This document shows positions 10,828-22,069 of a DNA stretch of 64,000 bases, piece after piece. The stretch spans positions 160,001-224,000 of the forward strand of contig CBDCCZ010000003.1 of assembly GCA_965215005.1 (NCBI GenBank), given 5' to 3'. Numbering within the stretch: the stretch's first letter is position 1; every line of letters begins with the position of its first letter. The position numbers were made by a program, and so were the translations under genes. The notes beneath the pieces were generated by a model. That model ran no database searches, was not told the DNA's origin, and saw only the letters and a program-made list of their open reading frames with translations. Origin of the DNA: Kofleriaceae bacterium. GTDB lineage: Bacteria > Myxococcota_A > Polyangia > Haliangiales > Haliangiaceae.

Positions 10828-13364
10828 TGGAGACCGGGCCACGCACACACCGACACCTCCGGGTGGTTGCCGCGGCGGCAGCAACCCTTCTCCTTCTTGC
10901 AGCCACGCCGGCACTCGCGCAGCGTGCCGAGCTGCAGGTCGACCAAGAAGCCTATGCGGGCCTGCCGTTCAACGTGGTGGTCGGCGCAGTTGGCTTTGAG
11001 CCGAGCCCGGAGCCGCCGCCGCCCGAGCTCGACATCGCTGGCGCCACCGTCACCTATCTGGGCGTCTCTCCCAACATCCAGAGCTTCACCAGCAACATCA
11101 ACGGCCGCATCACGCGGCAACAGAACGTGACGTTCGTCTATCGCTATCGCGTGCAGGCGAGCACGCCGGGCCGCTACGAAATCCCACCGGTGCTAGTCGA
11201 GCAGAATGGCGCCAAGGCAGTCACTCGCGGTGCAACGGTCGTGGTGCGCGACATTGCCGCGACCGACGAGATGAAGATCGCCCTCGAGCTTCCCGAGCGA
11301 CCGGTTTGGATCGGCGAGACCTTCACCGCGCACCTCGACTGGTTTCTCCGCCGCGACGTCGAGGACCAACACCTCGCCGTGCCGCTCTTCGCGATGGAAG
11401 ATGCCTTTCACGTTCAGGCGCCGCCGAGCACGGATCGCCAAGTGCTGCTCTTCGAGGCTGGCGCTCGTGAGCTCGAGCTGCCATTCGAGAAGAGCGCCGT
11501 CACCATCGAGGGCCAGAGCTATACGCGCTTCCGCTTTCGAGCCGAGGTCACGCCCACGCGCGCCGGAAGCATTGACGTGCCCCCGGCGGTAGCGGTGGCG
11601 CAGCTGCGGGTCGGCGTCGGTCGCGACCGCTTTGGCTTTCGGGTACCGCAAACGCGCCTGTTTAAGGCAACGGGACAAGCGCAGCGACTCGAGGTCAAGC
11701 CGCTGCCACTGCAAAACCGTCCCAAGAGCTTTGCAGGCGCCGTAGGCACCGCATTCTCGATTTCGGCGCAGGCCGACCGCACGGTGGTCGCGGTGGGCGA
11801 GCCTATCTCGCTCGAGCTCTTGGTGCGTGGCGATGCGCCGATGGAGGGACTGAGCTTGCCCGACCTCGACGAGGGCGGCGGTCTCGATCCCGCCAAGTTT
11901 CAAGTTGCCGACGAAGCGATCACCGGAGAGCTCGCACCGGAGCAAAACGGCAAGCGATTCCAAGTGACCATTCGGCTGCAAGACGCCGACGTCCGCGAGA
12001 TTCCGCCGATCGAGCTGTCGTACTTCGACCCCACCGCGGCCGCGTATCGCACCGCCAAGAGTGAGCCGATCGCCCTGTCGGTGAAGGGCTCGGCCGTGGT
12101 CGGCGCAAGCCAAGTCGAGAGCACCAGCACCGAGCGCGCTGCCGCGCCAACGGCTCCCGCCAGTCTGGTCGACGCCGAGCTGTCGCTGTCGCCCTCGGCG
12201 CGCACCCTCGCCGGGGTTTGGACGATGCGCCAAGCGTGGCCTATCGCGGCGATGCTCTACGTGCTTGGCATGCTGGTGCTGGCCCTGCGGCTTTGGCAAG
12301 TGCGAACGCGCGAGACTCGCGACGAGAAGAGCGAGCTTCGGCAAGCGCGCCGGCGGGTTCTGCAGCGGATCGCCGAGGCTCGGTCGCAGCCGGCCCGGCA
12401 GGCCGCGGGTCCACTTGCCGCTGCCCTCGCGCAGCTGGCTCGGCTGGAGGGTAAGAGTCCTGCAGCGCTGCTCGCGCGCATCGAGACTGCCGGCTACTCG
12501 CCCACCGCTGCCGACGAGCCGCTTGCGCCCGAGCTGCTCGACGAAGCGGCGGCGTTCAGCAAGCGCCGCGCGAGCAACACGCCCGTAGGCACCATCGCCG
12601 TGGTGTTGGTAGTGGCGCTCGGGGCCGCCAGTGGCTCGGCGCGAGCAAATACTCTCGAAAGCGCGCGTTCGACCTACGAGAACGCATTGACGACACCCGA
12701 GCGCGGAGCGCGCACGAGTGCGTTTGCCGCCGCAGAAGCGCAGTTTGCCGAGCTGGTAGCCGCACACCCCCACAGCCCGGAGCTGCTCGTCGACTGGGGC
12801 AACGCCGCCCTTGGCGCCGGCGATTTGGGCACCGCCACGCTCGCGTATCGGCGCGCGCTCGCCCTCCAGCCGACCAATGCGCGGGCCCAACAAAACCTGC
12901 GCTGGTTGCGCAGTCGCAGCGCCTCGTGGCTGCCAACCACTCCGACGAGCGGCGCGATCGAGTCGCTATTCTTCTGGCACGACCTGCTCAGCACCGCACA
13001 AAAGCATCTATTGGCGGCAATCGCCTTCGTTCTAGGCGCGGTGCTGTTGGCGCCGTGGGGTCCGCCGCGCCAGCGACGGGTATGGCGTGGGTTGGCTGTG
13101 ATACCGGCGCTAGTGTGGCTCGGGCTGCTGGGTTCTGCGCTGCTCGAGCACGACCTCACCGCCGATGCGGTGGTCACGCGCGATGACGTGGTGCTGCGTG
13201 CGGCCGACAGTGAAGGTGCACCAGCCGCGATCCAGACGCCGTTGCCGGCAGGAGCAGAGGTCTCGGTGCGAGAGCACCGCGGCAGCTGGAAACGCGTCGC
13301 ATTGGCCAATGGCGCGGCCGGTTGGGTGCCGGCGGCCGCGGTCACCAGTGTCGCGACGCGATGA
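10827..13364 (+). CDS. BatD-BatE fusion (BatD Ig-like repeats, TM, TPR, SH3b-like)
   Basis: PGRYEIPP, FAGAVG, LSYFDP BatD motifs; then WGNA...AYRRALAL TPR, TM pair and C-terminal W..V.L.NG..GWV SH3-like domain. Confidence 0.8.
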   Translation: METGPRTHRHLRVVAAAAATLLLLAATPALAQRAELQVDQEAYAGLPFNVVVGAVGFEPSPEPPPPELDIAGATVTYLGVSPNIQSFTSNINGRITRQQNVTFVYRYRVQASTPGRYEIPPVLVEQNGAKAVTRGATVVVRDIAATDEMKIALELPERPVWIGETFTAHLDWFLRRDVEDQHLAVPLFAMEDAFHVQAPPSTDRQVLLFEAGARELELPFEKSAVTIEGQSYTRFRFRAEVTPTRAGSIDVPPAVAVAQLRVGVGRDRFGFRVPQTRLFKATGQAQRLEVKPLPLQNRPKSFAGAVGTAFSISAQADRTVVAVGEPISLELLVRGDAPMEGLSLPDLDEGGGLDPAKFQVADEAITGELAPEQNGKRFQVTIRLQDADVREIPPIELSYFDPTAAAYRTAKSEPIALSVKGSAVVGASQVESTSTERAAAPTAPASLVDAELSLSPSARTLAGVWTMRQAWPIAAMLYVLGMLVLALRLWQVRTRETRDEKSELRQARRRVLQRIAEARSQPARQAAGPLAAALAQLARLEGKSPAALLARIETAGYSPTAADEPLAPELLDEAAAFSKRRASNTPVGTIAVVLVVALGAASGSARANTLESARSTYENALTTPERGARTSAFAAAEAQFAELVAAHPHSPELLVDWGNAALGAGDLGTATLAYRRALALQPTNARAQQNLRWLRSRSASWLPTTPTSGAIESLFFWHDLLSTAQKHLLAAIAFVLGAVLLAPWGPPRQRRVWRGLAVIPALVWLGLLGSALLEHDLTADAVVTRDDVVLRAADSEGAPAAIQTPLPAGAEVSVREHRGSWKRVALANGAAGWVPAAAVTSVATR

Positions 13365-13392
13365 GGTCACGACACTGGCTTCTCGTGCTCCG

Positions 13393-14676
13393 CTAGCTCG
13401 ATATTCCAGGCAAGGCTCCGCCGTCGGCAGCAAACTCGCCGAATCGGTCGATCTCCGCCAGGCCCATCGCTTGGGCGATAGCGGCGAGCAGCCGGGTGTG
13501 CTGCTGCACCGTGGGCAGCTTGAGATAGCGGCCCGTACGGATCGAGGAACCGCCGCCGGCGAGAAGGAACGGCGTTGGCTCGTTGGCGTGGTCGCCGGTA
13601 GCCATCTCGGTGCTCATCACCACCAAGGTCTCATCGAGAAGTGACTGACCAGGCGAAGCTTCTGTGGTTGCGAGCAGCTGGAGGAAGCGCGCCAACTCGC
13701 CCATGAAGAAACGATTGATCTCGGCCGCTTCGGCGGAGCTGCCGTCGTGCTGGGCACTGTGTACAGTGCGCTGGGTCTGCAGCCCCGGGACGATGGTTTG
13801 GCTATCGGTGTTCGACAGTTGCAACGTAGCAACTCGGGTGAAATCGCACTGCAGCGCGGCCACCAAGAGCTCCGTCTGCAGCCGGATCACCGCGGGAAAG
13901 TTGGCGTCGAGCATCGCCGTTTCGGCAGTGTAGCTCGGCGCCTGTGCATTCGCCCCGCACTGCCCGCCGAGCGCATCGAGGCTGCGCTCGATGGATCTCA
14001 CCCCGTCGAGATGCTTTTCCACCTTGAAGCGATCCTCGGTATCGAGCGCGCCGTTCACGCGTTGCAGCTCGCCGGTGACGAAGTCGAGCACGCTGCGACG
14101 CTCGCGGCGCACTCGTTCCAACGCTGCAGCGTCTCCAAAGCTTTCGAATAGAAGCTTATAGATCGCATTGGGGTCATCTTGCGCCGGGACCGGTTGGTTG
14201 GGTCCTGCGTAGTGGACATATGGGTTACTGATGAAGGATGAGCGATTGGTCTGCACGCCGAAGTGCAGCGAGGCATATGGAGTGTCCTTGCCGAGCCGCT
14301 GCGCGACGACCTGGTCGATGGATGGATGCGTCGCCAGCTCTTGCAGGCCACCCTTGGGAGTTGCACCGGTCCAAAGGCCTACAGTGCCCTCGGAGTGCGC
14401 AAGCAAGAGGTTGCTAGTGCTGCCGCGCAATCCGTCGACGATGAGCATGCGATCGCGCAGCGGCGCAAACGGGGCCAGCGCCTCAGACATCTGAAAGTCG
14501 CGCTCGCCGCCGATTGGTTGCCAGCCGGGCTCGAGGCCTACCGGCCAGGTCACGACGACCAGACGCTTGGGACGGGCGAGCGACTGCGCCGCGGCGCGGC
14601 GCAAAAGACCGGTTGCAGGAGTAAGAAGAGCAGCGGCGCCCAAGCCGCCAAGAAAGCCTCGTCGAGAGATGCTCAT
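13393..14676 (-). CDS. DUF1552 domain protein, Tat-exported
   Basis: SRRGFLG twin-arginine signal; SIDQVVAQRLG, SVLDFV, HLDGVRSIE, CDFTRVATL, SLLDETLVV. Confidence 0.88.
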   Translation of the reverse strand: MSISRRGFLGGLGAAALLTPATGLLRRAAAQSLARPKRLVVVTWPVGLEPGWQPIGGERDFQMSEALAPFAPLRDRMLIVDGLRGSTSNLLLAHSEGTVGLWTGATPKGGLQELATHPSIDQVVAQRLGKDTPYASLHFGVQTNRSSFISNPYVHYAGPNQPVPAQDDPNAIYKLLFESFGDAAALERVRRERRSVLDFVTGELQRVNGALDTEDRFKVEKHLDGVRSIERSLDALGGQCGANAQAPSYTAETAMLDANFPAVIRLQTELLVAALQCDFTRVATLQLSNTDSQTIVPGLQTQRTVHSAQHDGSSAEAAEINRFFMGELARFLQLLATTEASPGQSLLDETLVVMSTEMATGDHANEPTPFLLAGGGSSIRTGRYLKLPTVQQHTRLLAAIAQAMGLAEIDRFGEFAADGGALPGISS

Positions 14677-14678
14677 TG

Positions 14679-16274
14679 TCAGTTACCTTTCGCCTGTGCA
14701 CGAAACATCGGGCTTTGCACGATGGCCAGGATGAGCTCGCGGACGTTCATGCCGCTGGCTAGATAGTCGGACTGAAGTGTGGCCACTGCCTCGGCATCGC
14801 GCGCGGTATCGCGGCGATGCAGCGCAAATCGCAGCCATTGACGCACCATGCAGCTCGCCACGGTTTCTGAGTGAGCAAAGCGGCGACCGAGCTCGGCGGC
14901 GCCTTGCACCTCGCCATCCACCGCTGGATCGCCAATGGCGATCACGCCGGTATCGTCGATGGGCTGGAAGCCTTCGGTGTCGCGGTAGACGCCAAGGGGA
15001 TCGAATCGCTCGAAGGAAAATCCAAGCGGGTCGATGATGCGATGGCACGAGGCGCATGCAGGCGCAGCGACATGCTCGGCGAACCGCTCACGCGTGGTCT
15101 GCAGCGGGTTGGGGTCCGGCAGCGGCGGAATTTCCAGCCCCTCGGGCAGCACCATCTCGTGGCAAAGAATGTTATCGAGCACGAAGACGCCCCGCTTCAC
15201 CGGCGAGGTGTGGTCGGTGTGCGAGGTTGCCGCCAATACGCTAGCGTGAGTGAGCACGCCCGCACGCTCGGGCCCGAGCTTGGTGGGACCGTCCTCGGCT
15301 TGGCTGAGACCGTAAATGGGTAGCAGCGGTTCGCTGGGGAACGAGAAATCGGCCGCAAACAGGGTCGACTGCAGGCCATCGCCCTGCCGTACGACGTAAT
15401 CGAAGAACTGCGCCGTCTCGCGCTGCATCGCCACGGGAAGCTCTGGCGTGAAGCTCGGAAAGATGTCGCTTGGACGGGTGATAAACTCGAGCTGCTCGAG
15501 GTTGAGCCATGCAAGGGCGAAACGTTCCATGGACGCACTGGCCTGCGGATCCGCCAGCAGCCGCTCCGCCTCCGCCAAGAGGCCCGCGTCGCTAGCCAGG
15601 GTGCCGGCTTCGGCGGCATCTAGAAGCGCGTCGTCTGGGGTTCTATCCCAGAGAAAAAACGCCAGACGAGCGGCCAGCTCGTAGCCGTCGAGCAGTCTGG
15701 CTGGAGCTTGAGGGGCAGGTTCAACCAGATACAAGAACTGAGGCGACTGCAAGACGGCGCTGATCACCAAACGAAGACCTACGGCGAAGCTCTCTTGAGT
15801 CGCATGGAGCTCCATGAGCGCCTGCGTTTGCGCGTCGGTGAGCGGGCGACGAAACGCGCGGCGACCGAACGATGTAATGAAGTCACGCGCACAAGCGGCG
15901 GCATCCACATTGGGATCACAGCTGAGAATCAGCGGCAGATGCTCCGGCGCAACCGCCGCCGAAGCAGCCTCTTCCGCCAGATTCATGAAGATGCGCACGT
16001 GCGCATCCGAAGGGGCAGCGGCGCTGTTTGCGGCAAACGGGCCCGCGCGATCATCGGCCGGCAGGCTGCCAGCAGTGAAGGAGGGCAGCGCGAGCAGATA
16101 ACTCACGCTCCGCTCGTATTGGCTGCGCGTGAGCCGGCGAAGCGGAGTGCGATCGCTTACCGCTTGCTCCATTTCGCCGGAGCCCCCGCTAGGGCCATCG
16201 ATGACACCGGTACACCCGATGAGGAACACCGCGGCTACCGCGGCACAGCTCGACCATTGTAACGTTACCTTCAT
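14679..16274 (-). CDS. DUF1592/DUF1588/DUF1595-type lipoprotein with one CxxCH motif
   Basis: Lipobox LIG-C; LRRLT; GRRAFRRP; LQSPQFLY; ELAARLAFFLW; TSPVKRG; CASCH. Confidence 0.88.
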   Translation of the reverse strand: MKVTLQWSSCAAVAAVFLIGCTGVIDGPSGGSGEMEQAVSDRTPLRRLTRSQYERSVSYLLALPSFTAGSLPADDRAGPFAANSAAAPSDAHVRIFMNLAEEAASAAVAPEHLPLILSCDPNVDAAACARDFITSFGRRAFRRPLTDAQTQALMELHATQESFAVGLRLVISAVLQSPQFLYLVEPAPQAPARLLDGYELAARLAFFLWDRTPDDALLDAAEAGTLASDAGLLAEAERLLADPQASASMERFALAWLNLEQLEFITRPSDIFPSFTPELPVAMQRETAQFFDYVVRQGDGLQSTLFAADFSFPSEPLLPIYGLSQAEDGPTKLGPERAGVLTHASVLAATSHTDHTSPVKRGVFVLDNILCHEMVLPEGLEIPPLPDPNPLQTTRERFAEHVAAPACASCHRIIDPLGFSFERFDPLGVYRDTEGFQPIDDTGVIAIGDPAVDGEVQGAAELGRRFAHSETVASCMVRQWLRFALHRRDTARDAEAVATLQSDYLASGMNVRELILAIVQSPMFRAQAKGN

Positions 16275-16756
16275 GTGCGTTTACTCCGCATCGAGCGCGA
16301 TGAAGTCGACGCTCGATGTACAGCCGTACCTTTCCAACAAATCAGAGACAGCAAGGTCCATGGGTTCCCATTCAGCACAGCGCGGACCATGCGCTTGCTC
16401 AGTCGCCTACTTGCGTCTTGTCGGGCACTTGCGGCATCTGCGGCCTTTTCAGTGGCGCGATCCACTACGCAGCGGTGTCGCTGACAGCACAACGATTGTG
16501 GAGATCTCCAACAACACGCTCGTGCACGGCTCTCGCTTCGCAAGGTTCGATGCACCCGCGAAGCACTTGCTCAATGCACTCCGCGAAGCGTCCCTTCGAT
16601 GCACTCTTAGCGGCTACACGATTGGATAGCGACCTACATCCAAGACGATGAGCCCGGTGGGACCGCGGTCACTACTTGCGCGGGAACAGCTGTCCCCAGC
16701 GCAGGCAACTGCACGTGATTTCAGGCAGCTAGCGGCGGGATCCCGCGCTGCTGCAG

Positions 16757-16772
16757 CGGCATACCGCTTGCT
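16757..16772 (+). promoter_or_regulatory. Sigma54 (-24/-12) promoter
   Basis: CGGCATACCGCTTGCT, GG-N10-GC, just upstream of ATG 16786. Confidence 0.6.
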
Positions 16773-16785
16773 GTCTTCCCTTTGC

Positions 16786-17949
16786 ATGCGTCTGGCTCGC
16801 TTGATCCTCTTCTCAGCAATCTTTGTCGGCTTCGCCTGCGGTGATGATGGTGCACGCCTCGGCGGTGCTGGTCCCTGCGACGTCGAGCCACCGGCCCCGG
16901 AATGCGCGACGAGCTGTACCAGAGATGCCGACTGCGGAAGCGACTTCTTCTGCGACTTAGCGGGTGGTCTCTGCAACGCAGAGTGTGTCGTTGGCGAGGA
17001 TAGTTGTGGTGAAGGGCGCAGCTGTAGCGGTGGCCACTGCATCGACGGAACCGACGATTCTACCAATGGGTGCCCAAGCGTGTCGGTGCGACTCACTGCG
17101 CAAGTGCCAACGGTCATGCTCGTCATTGATCAATCGGGAAGTATGGTGGACCCGTTTGGACCCGTGTCGCGTTGGGAGGCCGTGCATGATGCATTAGTCG
17201 GCCCAGCCGGTGCGGTGACCGCATTGGCCGAGCGGGTAATCTTTGGCGCTGCGCTCTATACCAGCAACGGCGGGAATGCTGGCGGCACTTGTCCCATGCT
17301 GCAAGAAACGCCTCCTCGCGCAGACAATCTCGGCGCGATAAAAATGCTTTTGGAGACCAACGGCCCCGCTGGCGACACGCCCACTGCTGAATCCATCGAT
17401 GCAGTCGTGGGCGGATTTCCGAGAGTAGATGTCGATCGCCCCGGACCGCGCGTCATCGTGCTCGCAACCGACGGCTCCCCCGACAACTGCACCGACCCCG
17501 ACGCCCACAACCAAGCATCGCGGGATCTATCGGAGGCTGCGGTCGCACGGGCCTATGAGGCCGGCATCTCGACGTATGTCCTCAGCGTCGGCACCGGTGT
17601 GCTTAAGGAGCACCTCGATCGAATCGCTGACATTGGTGTGGGAGCTGCCCCTGGCTCCGGTACCGGTGAGGCCAAGGTGGCCACCAACCCCGCCGCATTG
17701 GTTGCTGCGTTCGACCAGCTCATTCGCGGTGCCCGCGGCTGTCGCTTCAACCTCGACGGCAGCGTCAATGCCAATCGCGCCAACGACGGCACCGTCACGC
17801 TCGATGGGACAGAGCTGGAATATCAGACCGACTGGATTCTCGTGGATGATTCGACGCTCGAGCTACAGGGCGCGGCATGCGAAGCCGTCAAACAGCGCGA
17901 TGACGCCGTGCTCGACGCAGAGTTCCCCTGCGGCGTGGTGGTCCTCTGA
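16786..17949 (+). CDS. Cys-rich VWA lipoprotein (CglB-like family)
   Basis: Lipobox GFA-C, Cys-rich N-terminus, MIDAS DQSGSM, TPTAE, LATDG, C-terminal LELQGAAC...C. Confidence 0.8.
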   Translation: MRLARLILFSAIFVGFACGDDGARLGGAGPCDVEPPAPECATSCTRDADCGSDFFCDLAGGLCNAECVVGEDSCGEGRSCSGGHCIDGTDDSTNGCPSVSVRLTAQVPTVMLVIDQSGSMVDPFGPVSRWEAVHDALVGPAGAVTALAERVIFGAALYTSNGGNAGGTCPMLQETPPRADNLGAIKMLLETNGPAGDTPTAESIDAVVGGFPRVDVDRPGPRVIVLATDGSPDNCTDPDAHNQASRDLSEAAVARAYEAGISTYVLSVGTGVLKEHLDRIADIGVGAAPGSGTGEAKVATNPAALVAAFDQLIRGARGCRFNLDGSVNANRANDGTVTLDGTELEYQTDWILVDDSTLELQGAACEAVKQRDDAVLDAEFPCGVVVL

Positions 17950-18088
17950 TCCGCGTATCGAGACTACCTTTGCCACACGGCAGGACAACAGCGGCAAACA
18001 CCACCATCGAGACGAGTCGCTAAGACCGCATCGCTTCGTGTTACGTTGAGCTCCTGGCATCACGCTCGATGCCTTCAAAGAGGATTCG

Positions 18089-18588
18089 ATGAAACTGAGC
18101 TCTCTTGTCGCCGCCGGGCTGGCCGCCGCCGCACTGGTTGGTTGCGGTGGCGATCATGAACACGACCACGCAGGCGCGCATGATGGTTGCGGCCTCGAGG
18201 CCAACTGCACTGCCGATCTGCTGCGCTATCGCGACGGCATGGTGGTCTCCGGAGATGTCGGCAATCTCAAGATTCGGATCGTGAGCGCCACTCCAGCGCC
18301 CCGGGCGCCGAAGGGATGAACGTCTGGACGATTGATGTTCTCGATTCCGGTAATGACGTCGTGGCCGACGCCCAGATCACCCGCTTCAACACCTGGTCCG
18401 TTGACTGCGAGCACTACGGCGTTGAAGGCGAAGAAGGGGTTGACGTGAGCGGCATCAGCAACGGCGACGGAACCCACAGCATCGAGTTCTTTTGGGCCCA
18501 CGGCGGCCCCTGGCGTGCCGAGCTCGACGTCACCGCCAATGGCCTCACGGAGACCGTGCACATTGGCTTCTGCCTAGCCGAGGTCTAA
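18089..18588 (+). pseudogene. His-rich YtkA/FixH-like lipoprotein split by a frameshift (may be a sequencing error)
   Basis: Lipobox LVG-C and HEHDH in frame 1; NVWTIDV...HYG...GPW...FC in frame 2; one extra C in CCCC 18299-18302 joins them. Confidence 0.65.
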
Positions 18589-18639
18589 GCCCATCGCCTC
18601 GGCGCTCGGTTCTACGCGGGCCGAGGTACCATCGCGGCC

Positions 18640-21600
18640 GTGGCGAACCGTCCTCCCAGTCCTGGTTCCGAGGAAGGACCTGCCGAGCAGCCCTCGGCAG
18701 ACGGCCCGCTCCTGCGCAGGCCAGCCACCGCCGATGACAACACGCGCACCACGAACGCCGCAGAGCTTGCCGCGCTGCAGTTCGAGACCATCGCCGATGA
18801 CGTCTATGAACGCGCCGAAGAGCTCGCGCGCGGGGGACTTGGACGCATCGTGTTGGCGCGCGATCGCCGCCTCGCGCGCACCGTAGCGATCAAAGAGCTC
18901 ACGGTCGATCATCCCTTCGCGCAGGCGCGCTTTGCCCGTGAGGTGCGCATCACGGCGCGCCTTCAGCATCCCAGCATCGTCCCCGTTCACGAGGCGGGCC
19001 GCTGGCGCGACGGCACTCCGTTTTACGCGATGAAGCACGTGCGTGGGCGCCCGCTCACCGCGGCGATCGAAGCCGCTAATGGCTGCAGCGAACGGCTGGC
19101 GCTCGTGGCGCATGTCATCGACGTTGCCGACGCCATGGCTTATGCCCACGCCGAAGGCATCCTCCATCGCGACCTGAAACCGGCCAACGTGCTCGTGGGA
19201 CCCTTCGGTGAAACCGTCGTCATCGACTGGGGACTCGCCAAGAACCTCCGCGATCCGGATGATCGACCGCCGCCCCTATCGCGCCCCGTCGCCCCTTATG
19301 AGACCAGCGACGGCACGGTCGTTGGAACGCCTGCGTACATGCCGCCCGAGCAGGCGCTCGGTAAGCCGGTTGATCTTCGCGCCGATGTCTATGCGCTAGG
19401 GGCCATCCTTTATCAGGTGCTCGCGGGGCGACGTCCTTATGCGGAAGCCGTCGCCGCCAATGTCGTTGCTAGCGTCACCGCTGGGCCGCCCACAACCGCT
19501 CGCGCAGCTCGCACCAGAGGCACCGCGTGACTTGATCGCTATCGTCGAAAAAGCGATGGCTCGCGACCCCAGCGCCCGTTACGCTGACGCCCAAGAGATG
19601 GCCGCGGAGCTCAGTCGCTACGACGCCGATGGCCTGGTCGGAGCGCACCGTTACACGTCGATGGAGCTCCTGCGGCGCTTTTATCGCCGCAGGCGCGCCG
19701 CGCTGCTCACCGCCGCGGCCGCATTCATGCTTCTAGTGCTCATTGGGACGCTCAGCGTCATCAACATCGCGAGCCAACGCCGCCGCGCCGAAGCCAGCGC
19801 GCGAGCCGAAATTCTGGCTCGACAGAAAGCAGATCGAGCCGCCGCCGCAGAGGCCAGTGCGCGTGCGGAAGCCGAGTCGCGCTTTGATCAACTGGTGGTC
19901 GAACGGGCACGCTCGCTACTGGATAGTGATCCCACGGCCGCGCTGGCTTGGCTCAAAGAGCTCGGGGTCGTCGTCTCGGGTGCAGCATCGATCGCCGCCG
20001 ACGCCCAGCAGCGAGGCGTGGCGCGGTGGGTCTTCGCAGGTCACGGCGGCGAAGTCTGGGACGTGGCGCTCAGCTCCGATGGCGAGCGACTCGCCTCCGG
20101 TGCAAGCGATGGAAACGTCCGGGTGTGGGAGCTCGACAGCGGCCGACTGCGGCTGTTGCGCGGTCATGAGGCGCGGGTTCCGACGGTGGCATTCTCTCCA
20201 AGCGGAGGATTGCTGGCCAGCGGCAGCTATGACGGCACGGTGCGGCTTTGGGATCTGAGCCAGGCGAGCCCGCGCGCGCGGGTGCTGTCCGACCACAAGG
20301 GCGAAATCAAACGAATCGTGTTTTCGCCGGATGGAAACCGTCTCGCCGCCCTCGGTTCCGGCGACATCGCGGTGTGGGACCTCTCCAACGGCCGCGTGGC
20401 CCATCGCAACGCAGGAGGCGCTCGCGAGGCGCTGCTAGCATTCTCGCCGGATGGGAAGCTTCTAGCAAATGGCCCCCACTCCACTGGGATCGAGCTTTGG
20501 GATCAAACGAGCGGCGCCATCACCAAGCTGCGTGGGCCCCGCGACGAAGTCACCGCGCTGGCGTTCTCGAGCGACGGCAAGGCGTTGGTCATCGGCGACG
20601 AAGGCGGCAATGTCTGGATTTCTGGCCTCGACGGTCGCAGCCGGCTAATCGGCACCAGCTCGGCGATGATCCGCGCGGTGGCGTTCGCACCGGATGCAGC
20701 GAGTGTTGCTTCAGGCGATCAAGACGGCGGGGTGTGGATCTGGGATGCAGCCGGCCGAGGCGGCCGCGCTATCGGCGCGCATGAAGAGCGCGTGACTGCG
20801 CTTGCTTACTCCATTGACGACACGCTAATCACGACCAGCTGGGACAAAACCGCGCGCATTTGGTCGCTCTCCGAGGAGACCGTCGAGACCTTGCGCGGTC
20901 ACACCGGTGTGATCGAGGCATTGGCGGTTTCGCCAACGGGCATGGTGGCTACCGGCTCATGGGACAAGACGGTGCGGGTATGGCCTGTACAGGCACCAAC
21001 TCGCCGCGTCCTCCGCGGTCATCGCATTGGCGTCAAGGCCATTGCGGTAGCGCCTAGCGGCCGGCTCTTGGCCTCAGGAGCGCACGACGACACGGTTCGC
21101 GTATGGAATCTTCAAAGCGGGACGAGCCGCGCCTTTACCGGTCACACAGACCATATCTTTCGCGTGCTCTTCTCGCCCGATGGAAGCACCATCGCCAGCT
21201 CCTCCGATGACCGCACGGTGCGCCTCTGGAACCTCACTACAGGACGAGCGCGAGTGCTCGAGGGCCACACCGGCGATGTCGAAGAGCTCGCTTTCTCCCC
21301 CGACGGTCGATATCTCGTATCCGGCGCAGAGGATCAGAGCGCGCGACTTTGGAATCTGGCCAGCGACGAGAGTCGCATCTTGCCCGCCAACGCCGATGTC
21401 TCCGATGTCGCATTCTCGCCAACCGGTGATTCGGTCGCGGTTGCCAGTCTCGATGGCCGCGTTCGCGTTTGGCCGGTCGCAGGCGGCGCACCCGAAGAGC
21501 TCGATGGATCGGATGCCGGCGTCGGAACGCTGGAATTCCTCGACCAAGCAACGCTGCTTTGGGGCGACGCCGCCGGCAGGCTGCATCTGGTGAATCGGCA

Positions 21601-22069
21601 CAGCGGGTCAACGCGCTCGCTCGCCACCGGCTTGCCCAACGTGCGCTCGCTAGCGGTTCATCCAGCAAGCGCACAGGTTGCAGCGATAGGCGCATCCCCC
21701 GACGTGGCCTTCTGCGACCTCGATGCTGGCACCTGCCGCACCTGGGTTGGCCACGAAGGCGAGGTGCTAGCGCTGGCTTTTTCTGCCGATGGTCGCGCGC
21801 TCGCAACCGGGGGCGCCGACGACACCGTGCGGCTTTGGTCGGTGGCTACCGGTGAGCATCGACCGCTCCGAGGTCCCGATGCGCCTATCTTCGACGTCGC
21901 GTTCACGCCCAGTGGCGAAGAAGTGCTCGCAGGGAGCGGCGACGGAACCATCTCGCGGTGGCCGGCCGAGCTTCCACCCAGGCCGAGCATGCTACGCAGC
22001 TGGCTGCAAAAGGCGACCACGATGGAGGTAGCGCCCCTGCGGTCTCAACAGCGCGCGGCCAGCAAGTAG
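18640..22069 (+). pseudogene. Ser/Thr kinase with about 13-14 WD40 repeats, split by a +1 frameshift (may be a sequencing error)
   Basis: [35 protein letters not shown] in 18640-19530; kinase C-lobe continues in next frame ([14 protein letters not shown]) then TM and GH...WD repeats; removing one C at 19489-19491 fuses them. Confidence 0.85.

Noticed and set aside
11193..12893. 566-aa minus-strand ORF
   Set aside because: Antisense to batD-E with no motifs.
16275..16750. Long intergenic region with short ORFs, possible ncRNA
   Set aside because: No convincing stems, repeats or coding signal; consistent with a divergent promoter region.
20040..21960. Roughly 125-bp periodicity
   Set aside because: Explained by WD40 repeats.
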